Positions 49,210 through 57,685 of a stretch of 64,000 nucleotides of DNA are shown here, piece after piece. This DNA comes from a virus: the IMG/VR virus record IMGVR_UViG_3300037307_000719, positions 1-64,000 of that record, one strand, 5' to 3'. The stretch's first letter is position 1. The number at the start of each line of letters is the position of its first letter. The position numbers and the translations under genes are program-made. Under the pieces are notes generated by a model. That model was not told the DNA's origin. It was given only the letters and a program-made list of their open reading frames with translations, and did no database searches.

Positions 49210-49224
49210 TCCGATGGTCCCTGT

Positions 49225-49686
49225 TCAGAACGGAATATCATCATCTTCGTCGCACGGCTGGCTTGCGGGGGTGGTGGAGCGGTTTGAGGGGACCGACATG
49301 TTGCGGGGTTCCTGACGGCTGCTTGTGGCTGCGGATGGTCTTGATGACGGGTCTCCGGATGGAAGGAACTGGATGGTTTCTCCGATGACCTTGAGCTTGG
49401 TGCGTTTTTTGCCGCTGTCCTTGTCTTCCCAGCTTTCAAGGGTGAGGCGGCCTTCAAGGAAGATGCCGCGGCCTTTGGCGAGGTATTTTGCCGCCAGCTC
49501 GGCGGTCTTGCCCCATAAAGTGCAATCGACAAAGGTGGTATCTTCCTGCTTGGCGCCGTTGTCGTCTTTCCAGGTGCGGTTGATGGCGATGCAAATATCG
49601 GCAACGGCGGTGCCGCGCGGGGTGTAGCGGACTTCGATGTCACGGGTGAGATTTCCCATGAGCATGACTTTGTTGTAGGATGACAT
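49225..49686 (-). CDS. ssb: Single-stranded DNA-binding protein
   Basis: 153 aa. OB-fold N-terminus (VMLMGNLTRD) and acidic C-terminal tail DEDDDIPF. Confidence 0.95.
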   Translation of the reverse strand: MSSYNKVMLMGNLTRDIEVRYTPRGTAVADICIAINRTWKDDNGAKQEDTTFVDCTLWGKTAELAAKYLAKGRGIFLEGRLTLESWEDKDSGKKRTKLKVIGETIQFLPSGDPSSRPSAATSSRQEPRNMSVPSNRSTTPASQPCDEDDDIPF

Positions 49687-49713
49687 GATGTGGATGGCTT
49701 GGTTGTTGTAGGT

Positions 49714-49968
49714 TCAGTTGAGAATCGGGTTTGCCGGGGCGGATGGCAGGCCGGGGTGATCGAAGTCGTTGAGGAAGCGCGAGGCCTGGGAAACCTCCCT
49801 CAATGCCTCGCTCAAGGAGTGACAGAAGGTGTTGGGATCGCCCTTGGCGTTCGTGGCATCGATCTCGATGTGGGTGGGCATGTTGGGTTTTCTGGAAATC
49901 GTGGCGATTGATTGCCCCTTGTCGTCATAGACCTCGAATTTCCAGATCAGGCGGGTGGGATTGCTCAT
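49714..49968 (-). CDS. Hypothetical protein
   Basis: 84 aa starting MSNPTRLIWKFEVY. The upstream part of ORF 49714..50229 is rejected. Confidence 0.6.
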   Translation of the reverse strand: MSNPTRLIWKFEVYDDKGQSIATISRKPNMPTHIEIDATNAKGDPNTFCHSLSEALREVSQASRFLNDFDHPGLPSAPANPILN

Positions 49969-49985
49969 GTGGTGGTTGGTGGTGG

Positions 49986-51758
49986 TTATGCTTTTTGGAT
50001 GAAGTAGCGTTTGTGGCGGCCCTCCCCTTTCGAGAGGAAGCGGACGCGGATGATCTGGCCGGTGGCCTCGTCGCGGAAGGTGTGGATGGTGCCCTTCTTG
50101 GTGGCGTGGCGCTTGAGAAGGATGCCCATTTTCGAGTTCCCCTTGCCGTCCAGAAAGAAGGTGTGGACCGCTTGGTGGCCGGACTCCGGGCGGAGCGGGC
50201 GGACATCCTCCTTGCCAAACATGTTCCATGGAAACAGCCCGTGCTCCCAGCAGTGGTGGATGAGTTCCTGGGTGGTGAAGTCCACGTGGTTGATCTTGTG
50301 GAGGATCTTGACGAGGGTGAGGACGTCATCCATTTCGGAATCCCCCGCGTTGTCCAGCAAGGGCCGCTCCAGCATGTCTCCGAACATGGCAAACTCGACC
50401 ATGCCGCCGATGATCTGGCCCCATGTCTCAAAGCCGAGACGGGTCTTGTGGATGTCCGCCAGCGGGCGTCCAGCATGGTCCCAGTGGCGGACAATGGCCC
50501 AGAGGCAGGAGAGGATGTGACGGCGGTTCTCAGGCTTGGCGAGCCAGACGTCGTTGATGAGGGTCTCGGCGCGGGCGCGGGACTGGACATCGCTCTCCTC
50601 GACGTAGAGGTCGCAGACCAGACAGCGGTGGGAGATGTCCGTGCCGGCATTCACGTTGTTGCCGGTGATGAAGATGACGGTGTTGTTTTCCGCCACAAAA
50701 GTCTCGGTCTTGCCAAGGACGCGGCCAGTCCAGAGTGGGGTGGTGAAAAGGCTTTCCAGCTTGTCGGAGGCGATGAAGTCGCGGACGTTGTCGAAGCAGA
50801 TGTAGGGGGACGCGGCGAGGATTTCGGAATCGAGAATCTTGGCCAGGCTTTCCTCATCCTTTCGCCATCCCTGACTCTTGAAGGTGCCATAGACGGGGGC
50901 GGTGGAGATTTTCACCAGCAGGGTCTTGCCGGAGCGTTGGGCGTTCGCGTTCATGATGAAGCCCATGCGGCTGGCTTCCTTTGGCACGCAGTTCGCGGCG
51001 AAGAGGGCGAGCATCGAGCCAATCTGCACGGCGAGGCTGCGGGATGTGCGGTAGGTGCGCGGGGTGCCATCGTCGTTTTCCCGGTAAAGCGGGCAGGACT
51101 CGCTCGGGACGATGGGCTCCGACCAGTCGTTGAACGGGAACTCGTGGTAAAGATCGTAAAGGTGCCAGAAGGCGTCGGCGATGGTCATGGAGTCATCGAA
51201 ATAACCGTCCGACATGACGGGGCCGGTGATGGGCGGGCGGGCCGGGTCCGGCGGCTGGGGGGTAATGTTCCCCTCGAAGACATAGGTGCCAGTGGTGGGA
51301 TCATAGCCGGGGGAGCAGAGGATGAGGGCACCGTGGTCGGTGATGATCGGCACGGGCGAGGGATAGACGCGGTTCACGATTGGCATGGAGGTAATGAATT
51401 CAGGAGAGTGGAGGCAGAGCTTTGCGTGGGTCTCGGTCATGTCCCGGATTTCCTGGAACGGGTTCCCATCGCGGTCCATCTTGGTCCGGTAGCAGATGAA
51501 GTATTGCTCGCTCCATGAGACGAAGGCGGAGGGCGGCATCTGGGCCAGCCGCCCGTCGAACGGATGCATCGGCAGAGTGGCGCGGCGATAAAGCTCGGCG
51601 CCGGAGGATTTGAGGACATGGGCGACGTCCGCGTTGAACGAGCGTTGCAACTCGTTCGCGCCCGGGAGTGGTATTTTTGGCAGTGCTCCGAACCTTGCTG
51701 CGGCCGGACCTGTTAGCTTTTGGAGGATGGGAGACTTGCTGCTGCGTGTGCGCGGCAT
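49986..51758 (-). CDS. P-loop NTPase, probable replicative helicase (SF3 / D5-VirE-like, tentative)
   Basis: 590 aa. Walker A is NANAQRSGKT and the Walker B-like segment is PYICFDNV. It lies next to the primase gene. Confidence 0.8.
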   Translation of the reverse strand: MPRTRSSKSPILQKLTGPAAARFGALPKIPLPGANELQRSFNADVAHVLKSSGAELYRRATLPMHPFDGRLAQMPPSAFVSWSEQYFICYRTKMDRDGNPFQEIRDMTETHAKLCLHSPEFITSMPIVNRVYPSPVPIITDHGALILCSPGYDPTTGTYVFEGNITPQPPDPARPPITGPVMSDGYFDDSMTIADAFWHLYDLYHEFPFNDWSEPIVPSESCPLYRENDDGTPRTYRTSRSLAVQIGSMLALFAANCVPKEASRMGFIMNANAQRSGKTLLVKISTAPVYGTFKSQGWRKDEESLAKILDSEILAASPYICFDNVRDFIASDKLESLFTTPLWTGRVLGKTETFVAENNTVIFITGNNVNAGTDISHRCLVCDLYVEESDVQSRARAETLINDVWLAKPENRRHILSCLWAIVRHWDHAGRPLADIHKTRLGFETWGQIIGGMVEFAMFGDMLERPLLDNAGDSEMDDVLTLVKILHKINHVDFTTQELIHHCWEHGLFPWNMFGKEDVRPLRPESGHQAVHTFFLDGKGNSKMGILLKRHATKKGTIHTFRDEATGQIIRVRFLSKGEGRHKRYFIQKA

Positions 51759-51812
51759 GGAGGTGGGTGAAGGTAAGTGTTCTGAGGATCATCATCGGGA
51801 TCAAAGGGGAGG

Positions 51813-53126
51813 TCAGGCTACGAGCGGCAGCTCCGGGGCGCGTTCCGGGTGGTCTCTGGCGGCGATGTAGGAAGCCCAAGCCAGGGACAAATCATGATAG
51901 AGGTCTTCCGGCACCCGCGACTTCCTCCAGTGGCGGTCCCAGTCCCGCAGCGGGCGGCGGCCCTTTGGGCGTGCGGTGTCCCTTACGACGTAGGTGGCGG
52001 CGCGTCCGATCGCGTCGAGCGTTCCGGCGCGCTCCCTGCACCATTGCAGAAAGGTTGGTCCCCTGCCCTTGCGCAAGGGCATGAGAGGCAGCAGGTGGTG
52101 CAGCAGGATGTCCCGTGTGACGGCTCCGGACTTCACCAGATCATTGAAGTCCTGCTTTTCCTCGGTGGGCCAGAAGGCGACCACGTCCCTCACCATGGGA
52201 TGAAGGCGGTCCAGCAATCCCTCACCCTCGAACCAGCGTGCGCCCGCCCCGTCCGCATCCGCAATGGCAAACAACCGGGCCTTGGGGTTCAGGTTGTGGG
52301 CGAAGAGCTTGGAACCTGACGAGGCTCCGCGCAGACCAATGACGGCAACCGGCGGCCATGTCTCGCGGCGGTGCCAGCCCATGACGGAGACAAGGGCGAG
52401 GGCGTCCCACTGCCCCTCCATGAGGAACAGGTATTCCGCCGTCGAGGGATTCCCTATGAGGAAGGGCCAGGCACCGCATTTTTTTGGGTTGAAATTCCAT
52501 GAGGCTTTCGCATCGCGGCCGTGGTGGCCCTTGCTACCCGGGGCCAGACGAATGTGAACGGAAACAGGCAGCGGACCCGCGGCTGACGGCATTTCCACAA
52601 GGAACGCCTCACGCATGGAATCCCACCACTGGTAGCTGCCCATGAGCCCGTGGCTCGCGGCCCATCTCACGCAGTCCGGGTCGATCCCCCGCCACTCGGC
52701 GATGCGGTTGATTTCTCCTTCCGCCCGCAGCAGGCGGTCGCACGCCTCCTGCCAAACCGCGAGCTGATGCCCGGTCATCGGAACGGGCGTGTTGTCCTCT
52801 TTTTTGGCTGGTGCGGGCTTTGGCGCGGAGCGGGCAGCCGGGTTTGGGCTGATCCCATGGGACGAGGCCAGTCTCTCCAGAGTGTCCTTCAGGGAGGTTC
52901 CCCATGTCTTCTGCAAGTAGTCGATCGCGTCGCCTCCCGCACCGCAGCCAAAGCAATGAAATCGGCCCGTGTCATCATCCACCTGGCAGGAAGGAGTTCT
53001 TTCCTCATGAAACGGGCAGCACGAAAACCGCGCCGTGCCGGAACGCCGAACCGGATGACCGTCCCTCTCGAACAAAGTGGAGAGCGGAGGCAGGGACTCC
53101 TTGATGCGCGTGATGTCGTACTTCAT
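51813..53126 (-). CDS. DNA primase (CHC2 zinc finger + Toprim)
   Basis: Starts MKYDITRIK (ATG 53124-53126). Zinc finger: CCPFHEERTPSC..HCFGCGAGGD. Toprim-like: EGQWDAL...FAIADADGAG. Confidence 0.9.
   Translation of the reverse strand: MKYDITRIKESLPPLSTLFERDGHPVRRSGTARFSCCPFHEERTPSCQVDDDTGRFHCFGCGAGGDAIDYLQKTWGTSLKDTLERLASSHGISPNPAARSAPKPAPAKKEDNTPVPMTGHQLAVWQEACDRLLRAEGEINRIAEWRGIDPDCVRWAASHGLMGSYQWWDSMREAFLVEMPSAAGPLPVSVHIRLAPGSKGHHGRDAKASWNFNPKKCGAWPFLIGNPSTAEYLFLMEGQWDALALVSVMGWHRRETWPPVAVIGLRGASSGSKLFAHNLNPKARLFAIADADGAGARWFEGEGLLDRLHPMVRDVVAFWPTEEKQDFNDLVKSGAVTRDILLHHLLPLMPLRKGRGPTFLQWCRERAGTLDAIGRAATYVVRDTARPKGRRPLRDWDRHWRKSRVPEDLYHDLSLAWASYIAARDHPERAPELPLVA
52066..52079. repeat. Palindrome CCCTTGCGCAAGGG (14/14)
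   Basis: Inside the primase gene (translated PLRKG). Confidence 0.95.
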
Positions 53127-53128
53127 GC

Positions 53129-53142
53129 CCCTTGCGCAAGGG
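53129..53142. repeat. Palindrome CCCTTGCGCAAGGG (14/14)
   Basis: Lies 2 nt upstream of the primase start codon, at the edge of attP. Confidence 0.95.
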
Positions 53143-53341
53143 TTTGAAGTTCGTCCAAGGAGCGTAATGCTACGGCGTTTGCTACGCTCGTTTGTAAGTT
53201 GCTGATAATCAGCCAGCGGAACGGGAGGGATTCGAACCCTCGGTAATATCCTCCCTTGTAATTGCTTGGGAAATCGAGATAAAACGTGATGAAACAAGAT
53301 AGGATTTGACCTAGTTTGCTACGCTGTGCTCCGTTGGGTCT
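53143..53341. promoter_or_regulatory. attP-like region: tRNA 3'-end fragment flanked by 12-bp arm-type direct repeats
   Basis: The minus strand of 53217-53241 reads GAGGGTTCGAATCCCTC-CCGTTCC-G (T-arm plus acceptor 3' strand). No matching 5' acceptor strand lies upstream. GTTTGCTACGCT occurs at 53177-53188 and 53314-53325. The integrase gene is adjacent. Confidence 0.7.
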
Positions 53342-54361
53342 GTGGCCAGTTGTTTCCAGCGCAAGGACTCCCCGTTTTTCTGGATTCGGTTCAAAACACC
53401 TGATGGGAGATGGAAGCAGCGGTCTTCCGGCGTGAGAACGGATGCGCCGGGGGCGTTGCGCAAGGTCCACCAGATGGTGGTGGAGGAAACGGCACGGGAG
53501 GCGATGCGGGAAACGGAGGGTGCTTCGGCGATGTTCCGGCACTGGGTTCCGGGCTGGATCGATTACCGTTACAAGAACGAGAGGTCGAGGGTTCGGTGTT
53601 TGAATGCGTGGGCTCATTGGTCAGTGTTCTTGGAGGAAAGGAGGTTGGCTCACCCGGCGGAGATGACTTATGCGGTGGCCCATGAGTTCATGCGCTGGAG
53701 GACGAATCCGCCGAAGGGGGCGGCAAGGCGCGTGGCGGCGTGGAATACGTCGGTGGTGGAGGTGAGGTTCATGGGTGCGGTGATGCAGGAGGCGCTGCGG
53801 CGCGGCTGGATTGCGGTGAATCCGTTCGCGTCCCTCGGGCTGTCGAAGCGGGCGAGCAAGGAGAAGCGGGCGATCACGCGGGAGGAGGAGGAGAGGATTT
53901 TCGAGGCGTTGAAACGCAAGAAGGGCGCGCCGTGGATGTGGGAGGCGTTCCTGGTGGCGATGCGGCAGGGCTGCCGGATGCGGGAGGTGGCGGTGCCGAT
54001 GGAGCAGGTGGACGAGAAGGCGATGGTGATCGTCTTCAATGCGAAGGGAGGGAAGAAGCATGCGGCACCCTTGCACAAGGATCTGCTGCCGCTGGTGAGG
54101 AAGGCGAGACGGGAGAAGAGGAATGTGCTGGTGAGGCTGCCGCGCCAGCCTTCGCCGAAGTGGGGGAAGTTTTTCTCGGGCATGGGGATGGATGATCTGT
54201 GTTTCCATTGCACGCGGGTCACGGTGGTCACGAGGCTTTGTGAAGCCGGGTTTTCGGAGAGCCAGACGATGGCTTATGTGGGGCACGCTTCGGCGTCGGT
54301 GCACGCGATTTACCGGAAGATGAGGCCGACTGCGGTGGCTGCTTTGGGGAGTGCGTTGTAG
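53342..54361 (+). CDS. int: Tyrosine recombinase / phage integrase
   Basis: 339 aa. The N-terminus FWIRFKTPDGRWKQRSSG is an SAM-like arm-binding pattern. The C-terminus has HCTRVT (H-x-x-R) and GHASASVHAIY (catalytic Tyr). Confidence 0.92.
   Translation: MASCFQRKDSPFFWIRFKTPDGRWKQRSSGVRTDAPGALRKVHQMVVEETAREAMRETEGASAMFRHWVPGWIDYRYKNERSRVRCLNAWAHWSVFLEERRLAHPAEMTYAVAHEFMRWRTNPPKGAARRVAAWNTSVVEVRFMGAVMQEALRRGWIAVNPFASLGLSKRASKEKRAITREEEERIFEALKRKKGAPWMWEAFLVAMRQGCRMREVAVPMEQVDEKAMVIVFNAKGGKKHAAPLHKDLLPLVRKARREKRNVLVRLPRQPSPKWGKFFSGMGMDDLCFHCTRVTVVTRLCEAGFSESQTMAYVGHASASVHAIYRKMRPTAVAALGSAL
54068..54080. repeat. Palindrome variant CCCTTGCACAAGG
   Basis: Inside the integrase gene. Confidence 0.85.
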
Positions 54362-54566
54362 CGAAGACCTTGAAGGACTCGCAGCTTTCAAGGAAGGTGC
54401 GGGCCATGAGCAGGGACGCCTTGCCGCCGGGCATGGTGAAGCCGTGCCATTTCATGGCTTTGATGTATTGGGTGGAAACACCCAGCTCGGAGGCGAGTTC
54501 CTTGGCGTTTCTGAGGCGACTGAGGTATCTCTCGACCTCGATCTGTGGGGTGGATTCATCCTGCAT
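54228..54566 (-). CDS. HTH protein (excisionase/regulator-like)
   Basis: Starts MQDESTPQ. Helix-turn-helix-like segment NAKELASELGVSTQYIKAM. Its 3' end overlaps the integrase 3' end convergently. Confidence 0.55.
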   Translation of the reverse strand: MQDESTPQIEVERYLSRLRNAKELASELGVSTQYIKAMKWHGFTMPGGKASLLMARTFLESCESFKVFATTHSPKQPPQSASSSGKSRAPTPKRAPHKPSSGSPKTRLHKAS

Positions 54567-55341
54567 GGTCCGGGTCTCCGGTGAGGGATTCTTCGAGTGC
54601 GGCGGCAAGGGTGATCATGGGGGTGAGCAGCTCCAGCAAGGCGCGGCGCTGGGGGGTGGGGAGCTTTACGATGCGGTCGGGGCCGCCCATTTCCCTCTCC
54701 CATTGCTGGAGCTTGAAGACGACGCCCTGGATGGTGTTGATGCCGCTGCCTTGTCCGGAGAGGGCGGTGATCTGGGAGGTGTGAAGGATTTTCCCGGCCT
54801 GGATGGAGCGGGAAAGCTCGAGCGGGGAGAGGGATTCTCGTTTGGCGATGGATGCCCAGCGTTCCTGTTCCTGCGGGCTGGGGAGCTTGGAGAGGACGAA
54901 GTAGTGTTCGGAGTTGAGGGCGTGTTTTTCGCGGAAGTCCAGCGAGGTCTGGCCGATGGAGTCGGCCTTGGTGACGTCGGCAAGGTCGAACTCGGCTTGT
55001 TCGAGGGCGACGGCGACGCGGGCGACGCCGAATTTTTCGCGGCCGTAGTTGATGTGGTCCGCAAGGACGCAGTGGAAGGCGCTCTTGACCGAGTGGATGG
55101 TCTTGAGCAGGTCGAGCCATTGTTCGTAGGAGATGTGGCCCTCGATGTGGAGGCCGTGCGGGGTGCAGCGGATGTTCTGGCCGCTGGCGAGGATGATGGT
55201 GGAGGCGTTGCGGGCCTCAGTTGGCGTTTGGGGTGGCGGGTCTGCGGATTTTCGAGAGGAGGGCCGTGGCGGTTTGGGCGCTGATTTTTTTGTTGCGCCA
55301 GTGGCGGGTTTTCCCGACTTGGGAGTAGATTTTGCAGGCAT
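54556..55341 (-). CDS. Hypothetical protein (Lys/Pro-rich N-terminus)
   Basis: Frame of ORF 54556..55443 from ATG 55339-55341. The start is uncertain because it overlaps the upstream gene by about 125 nt. Confidence 0.6.
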   Translation of the reverse strand: MPAKSTPKSGKPATGATKKSAPKPPRPSSRKSADPPPQTPTEARNASTIILASGQNIRCTPHGLHIEGHISYEQWLDLLKTIHSVKSAFHCVLADHINYGREKFGVARVAVALEQAEFDLADVTKADSIGQTSLDFREKHALNSEHYFVLSKLPSPQEQERWASIAKRESLSPLELSRSIQAGKILHTSQITALSGQGSGINTIQGVVFKLQQWEREMGGPDRIVKLPTPQRRALLELLTPMITLAAALEESLTGDPDHAG

Positions 55342-55942
55342 GTTCGCTTTTTTGGTGGGTGGATGGGGTGAGGCCGAGAGAGCGTTGCCACGCTTTGACG
55401 ACTTTGGAGATGGCGGAGGCGGTGATGTGGTTTTGGCGGGCATATTCGCGTTGGCAGGGAAGTCCGTTGAGGGCGGCGAGCTTGGCGGCGAAGGCGAGCC
55501 CGGCGCTGTTGATTTTGGGGTTCTTGGATGAGAGAAGGCCGCCGACGATGATCTGGAGGTAGTTGGCCTTTTCGACCCGCACGGCGGTATCCACCTCGGT
55601 TTGGTGCCAGCGGAGAATCTCGCCGGCCTGCTGCGGGGTGATGGAGAAGCGGTCCGCGATGACGCTTTCGGGGGTGTCGATGACGGTCATGTCGGGCTCG
55701 CATTTGGCTAGGGATGAGTCTGCGATGTCCGAGACGGAGAAGGGTGAATGGCCGCCGACATCCGTTGAATCGTCTGGAGCGGAGTCCACATTGAGGCGGC
55801 GGACTTTTTCCCGCTCTTCCTCGGATAGTGAGGCGATCCACTCGGCGTGGGCTTTTTTCGCCTCGTTGTGGAGGGCTCTGGCGTGGGCCTCGTAGCTGCC
55901 CGTCGCCCTTGTGCAAGGGTGTTTGTCAGGCGGCTTTTTCAT
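55217..55942 (-). CDS. Hypothetical regulatory-region protein (possible HTH)
   Basis: 241 aa from ATG 55940-55942. The C-terminal segment ITASAISKVVKAWQRSLG is HTH-like. Confidence 0.65.
   Translation of the reverse strand: MKKPPDKHPCTRATGSYEAHARALHNEAKKAHAEWIASLSEEEREKVRRLNVDSAPDDSTDVGGHSPFSVSDIADSSLAKCEPDMTVIDTPESVIADRFSITPQQAGEILRWHQTEVDTAVRVEKANYLQIIVGGLLSSKNPKINSAGLAFAAKLAALNGLPCQREYARQNHITASAISKVVKAWQRSLGLTPSTHQKSEHACKIYSQVGKTRHWRNKKISAQTATALLSKIRRPATPNAN
55906..55919. repeat. Palindrome variant CCCTTGTGCAAGGG
   Basis: Inside gene 55217..55942. Confidence 0.9.
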
Positions 55943-56129
55943 TGGCACAGGATGCTCTTTGGGTGAATTCCTGCTCCAAGGTGGCCCATTCGATCGCCTC
56001 TTCTGGGCTGGAACAGGTGGCCGTCCTCATGGCTCGCAAGAAGTCGAGCACTTGAGTCAGAACCTTCTTTTTCGGGGTGGTTTGGGCCAATTTCTCGTCT
56101 TTGCTCTCTTCGGTTTGGGTGGGTGTCAT
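55926..56129 (-). CDS. Small Cro-position protein
   Basis: 67 aa starting MTPTQTEESK. It is the first gene leftward of the AT-rich divergent region. Confidence 0.5.
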   Translation of the reverse strand: MTPTQTEESKDEKLAQTTPKKKVLTQVLDFLRAMRTATCSSPEEAIEWATLEQEFTQRASCANEKAA

Positions 56130-56242
56130 GACGTTGTTGCCTTTGGAATAAAGGCCAAATGTGGGAAGATTTATCAAGCTCGAATAAATAAAATTTGCAC
56201 TTTTCCCAAGTGTTGGCATTTTGTCCCTTTCTCCCACTCGTT
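56130..56242. promoter_or_regulatory. AT-rich divergent promoter/operator region (immunity switch, putative)
   Basis: 113 bp of much lower GC lie between divergent genes 55926..56129 (-) and 56243..56644 (+). Confidence 0.5.
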
Positions 56243-56644
56243 ATGAAATTCCCTAATTACCTAAAATATTTCGTTGATACTGAGAAGTATCGGTTGGTTT
56301 CACTTGCCAAAAGGTCGAATGTTCACGCCTCGGACTTGTCAAAAGTTCTAAACAAAAAGAAAACCTGTGGGCTGAAAATGGCGATCCAGGTCATCGAGGG
56401 GCTGGAGCCGGAGCATCAGGCGCAGGCGTTGATGCTTTGGATCGCGGATCAGATTCCACCGCAATTCCAGCATTTGCTCTACATCGTGCGGGCCGATGAC
56501 AGGAACGATAAGCCGAAAGATGTGGATATTCGCACGATTGAGGGATCAATCCAAGTGTTGGAGAAGAAGGCGGAGACCAACGATGCTTTGCGCACTGTTT
56601 TGCTGAATCTGGCACAGGCGTTTGCCATAGAGGATGCTGGCTAA
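56243..56644 (+). CDS. XRE/CI-like HTH repressor (putative)
   Basis: 133 aa. HTH-like segment LVSLAKRSNVHASDLSKVLNKKK. A terminator follows. Confidence 0.7.
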   Translation: MKFPNYLKYFVDTEKYRLVSLAKRSNVHASDLSKVLNKKKTCGLKMAIQVIEGLEPEHQAQALMLWIADQIPPQFQHLLYIVRADDRNDKPKDVDIRTIEGSIQVLEKKAETNDALRTVLLNLAQAFAIEDAG

Positions 56645-56689
56645 TCCCCTCCCCCGCACCCCTTTGGGTCTATTTTCCGACCCCTTCCC

Positions 56690-56728
56690 GACCTCCGCAG
56701 ACCCTTGCTCTCGGAGGTCTTTCTGTTT
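56690..56728 (+). terminator. Rho-independent terminator after the repressor-like gene
   Basis: Stem GACCTCCG / CGGAGGTC followed by TTTCTGTTT. Confidence 0.75.
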
Positions 56729-57065
56729 CAACGCATAGTGTATTTTGGGGAATAGGTGGAAAGGGTGGTACTGGGTTTTTGGACCTAATAAAGAAAAACC
56801 TGAAAGGTTCGGATTTGTGTCTTTGTCTCGTTTTTCGACGCCTTTCTAAAACCCAAGACCACCCAAGCCCTCCTTGTCTCATTATCCAATCGCAGCAAGA
56901 AAAAACATCCACCACCGTAAAAGGAATCTATTTACAATCAGTGCCTTGCAGGTTGCGAAGCATAGCTTGGTATCGCTATGCGGGGGGTGTTTTTGGATGT
57001 CTCATTTTGGGGGCAACCCCTGCCCATGACCCCTGCTGGGGAGACATGAGGGAGGCAATGTCGCG

Positions 57066-57070
57066 TTGAC
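57066..57070 (+). promoter_or_regulatory. TTGAC box, 20 nt before ATG 57086
   Basis: TTGACATAGAGAGAGAGGCGATG. Confidence 0.55.
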
Positions 57071-57085
57071 ATAGAGAGAGAGGCG

Positions 57086-57685
57086 ATGGAACAGGATCAA
57101 CCCGAGTTGCCTGTGGGGGAAGCGGAGGAGAGGCTTTCGCAGTGGGCCAAGAACCAAACCGAGCTTGCGGCGGAGCTGGGCTGTGCGCGGGAGACGATTC
57201 AGCGGTGGTTGAAGGCGGGCGATCCGGATTGTCCGGGGAAGACAAGCGACGGGCGCTACAACGTATCGTTGTGGAAGATCTGGATTGAGACGAAGGGGAA
57301 GAAGGTCCGGGCAGCGGTGAAGGGTAGGGACAAGGGGGCGCTGGAGATGGAGAACATGCGGCTGCGGAACGAGAAGCTGCAAATCGAGAATCTGCTGAAA
57401 CAGGGCGAGCTGCTGCATGTGGACGAGGTGTGCGGGGTCTTGACCGAAATGATGGGAGCGTTCGTGAAAAAAGTGCGCGGGATGAAGCACACGCTGCCGA
57501 ACGCGGTGGTGGGGGTTTCGATACCGGAGGCGACGAAGCGGGTGGATCGTGAGGCGGTGGAGGCGCTTCTGGAGCTATCGCTGGGCGAGTGGGCAAAAAA
57601 AAAACCGTTTTGGTCGAGCGTTTATGCGCGGCTGCAAGACCTTCAACGGACACACAGCCTTGGAAGTGGGCTGAGCGACACGTAA
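57086..57685 (+). CDS. Terminase small subunit (Nu1-like HTH)
   Basis: 199 aa. N-terminal HTH QTELAAELGCARETIQRWLKAG. Followed by, and overlapping, the TerL gene. Confidence 0.85.
   Translation: MEQDQPELPVGEAEERLSQWAKNQTELAAELGCARETIQRWLKAGDPDCPGKTSDGRYNVSLWKIWIETKGKKVRAAVKGRDKGALEMENMRLRNEKLQIENLLKQGELLHVDEVCGVLTEMMGAFVKKVRGMKHTLPNAVVGVSIPEATKRVDREAVEALLELSLGEWAKKKPFWSSVYARLQDLQRTHSLGSGLSDT

Noticed and set aside
53217-53300. A second complete tRNA gene on the minus strand next to the integrase.
   Set aside because: Only the T-arm and 3' acceptor strand are present. No complementary 5' acceptor strand, D-arm or anticodon arm can be folded from the upstream 60 nt.
19712-57070. TTGAC boxes as ordinary sigma70 -35 hexamers.
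   Set aside because: They lie only 19-22 nt from the ATG. The -10 element and transcription start would therefore fall on or beyond the start codon.
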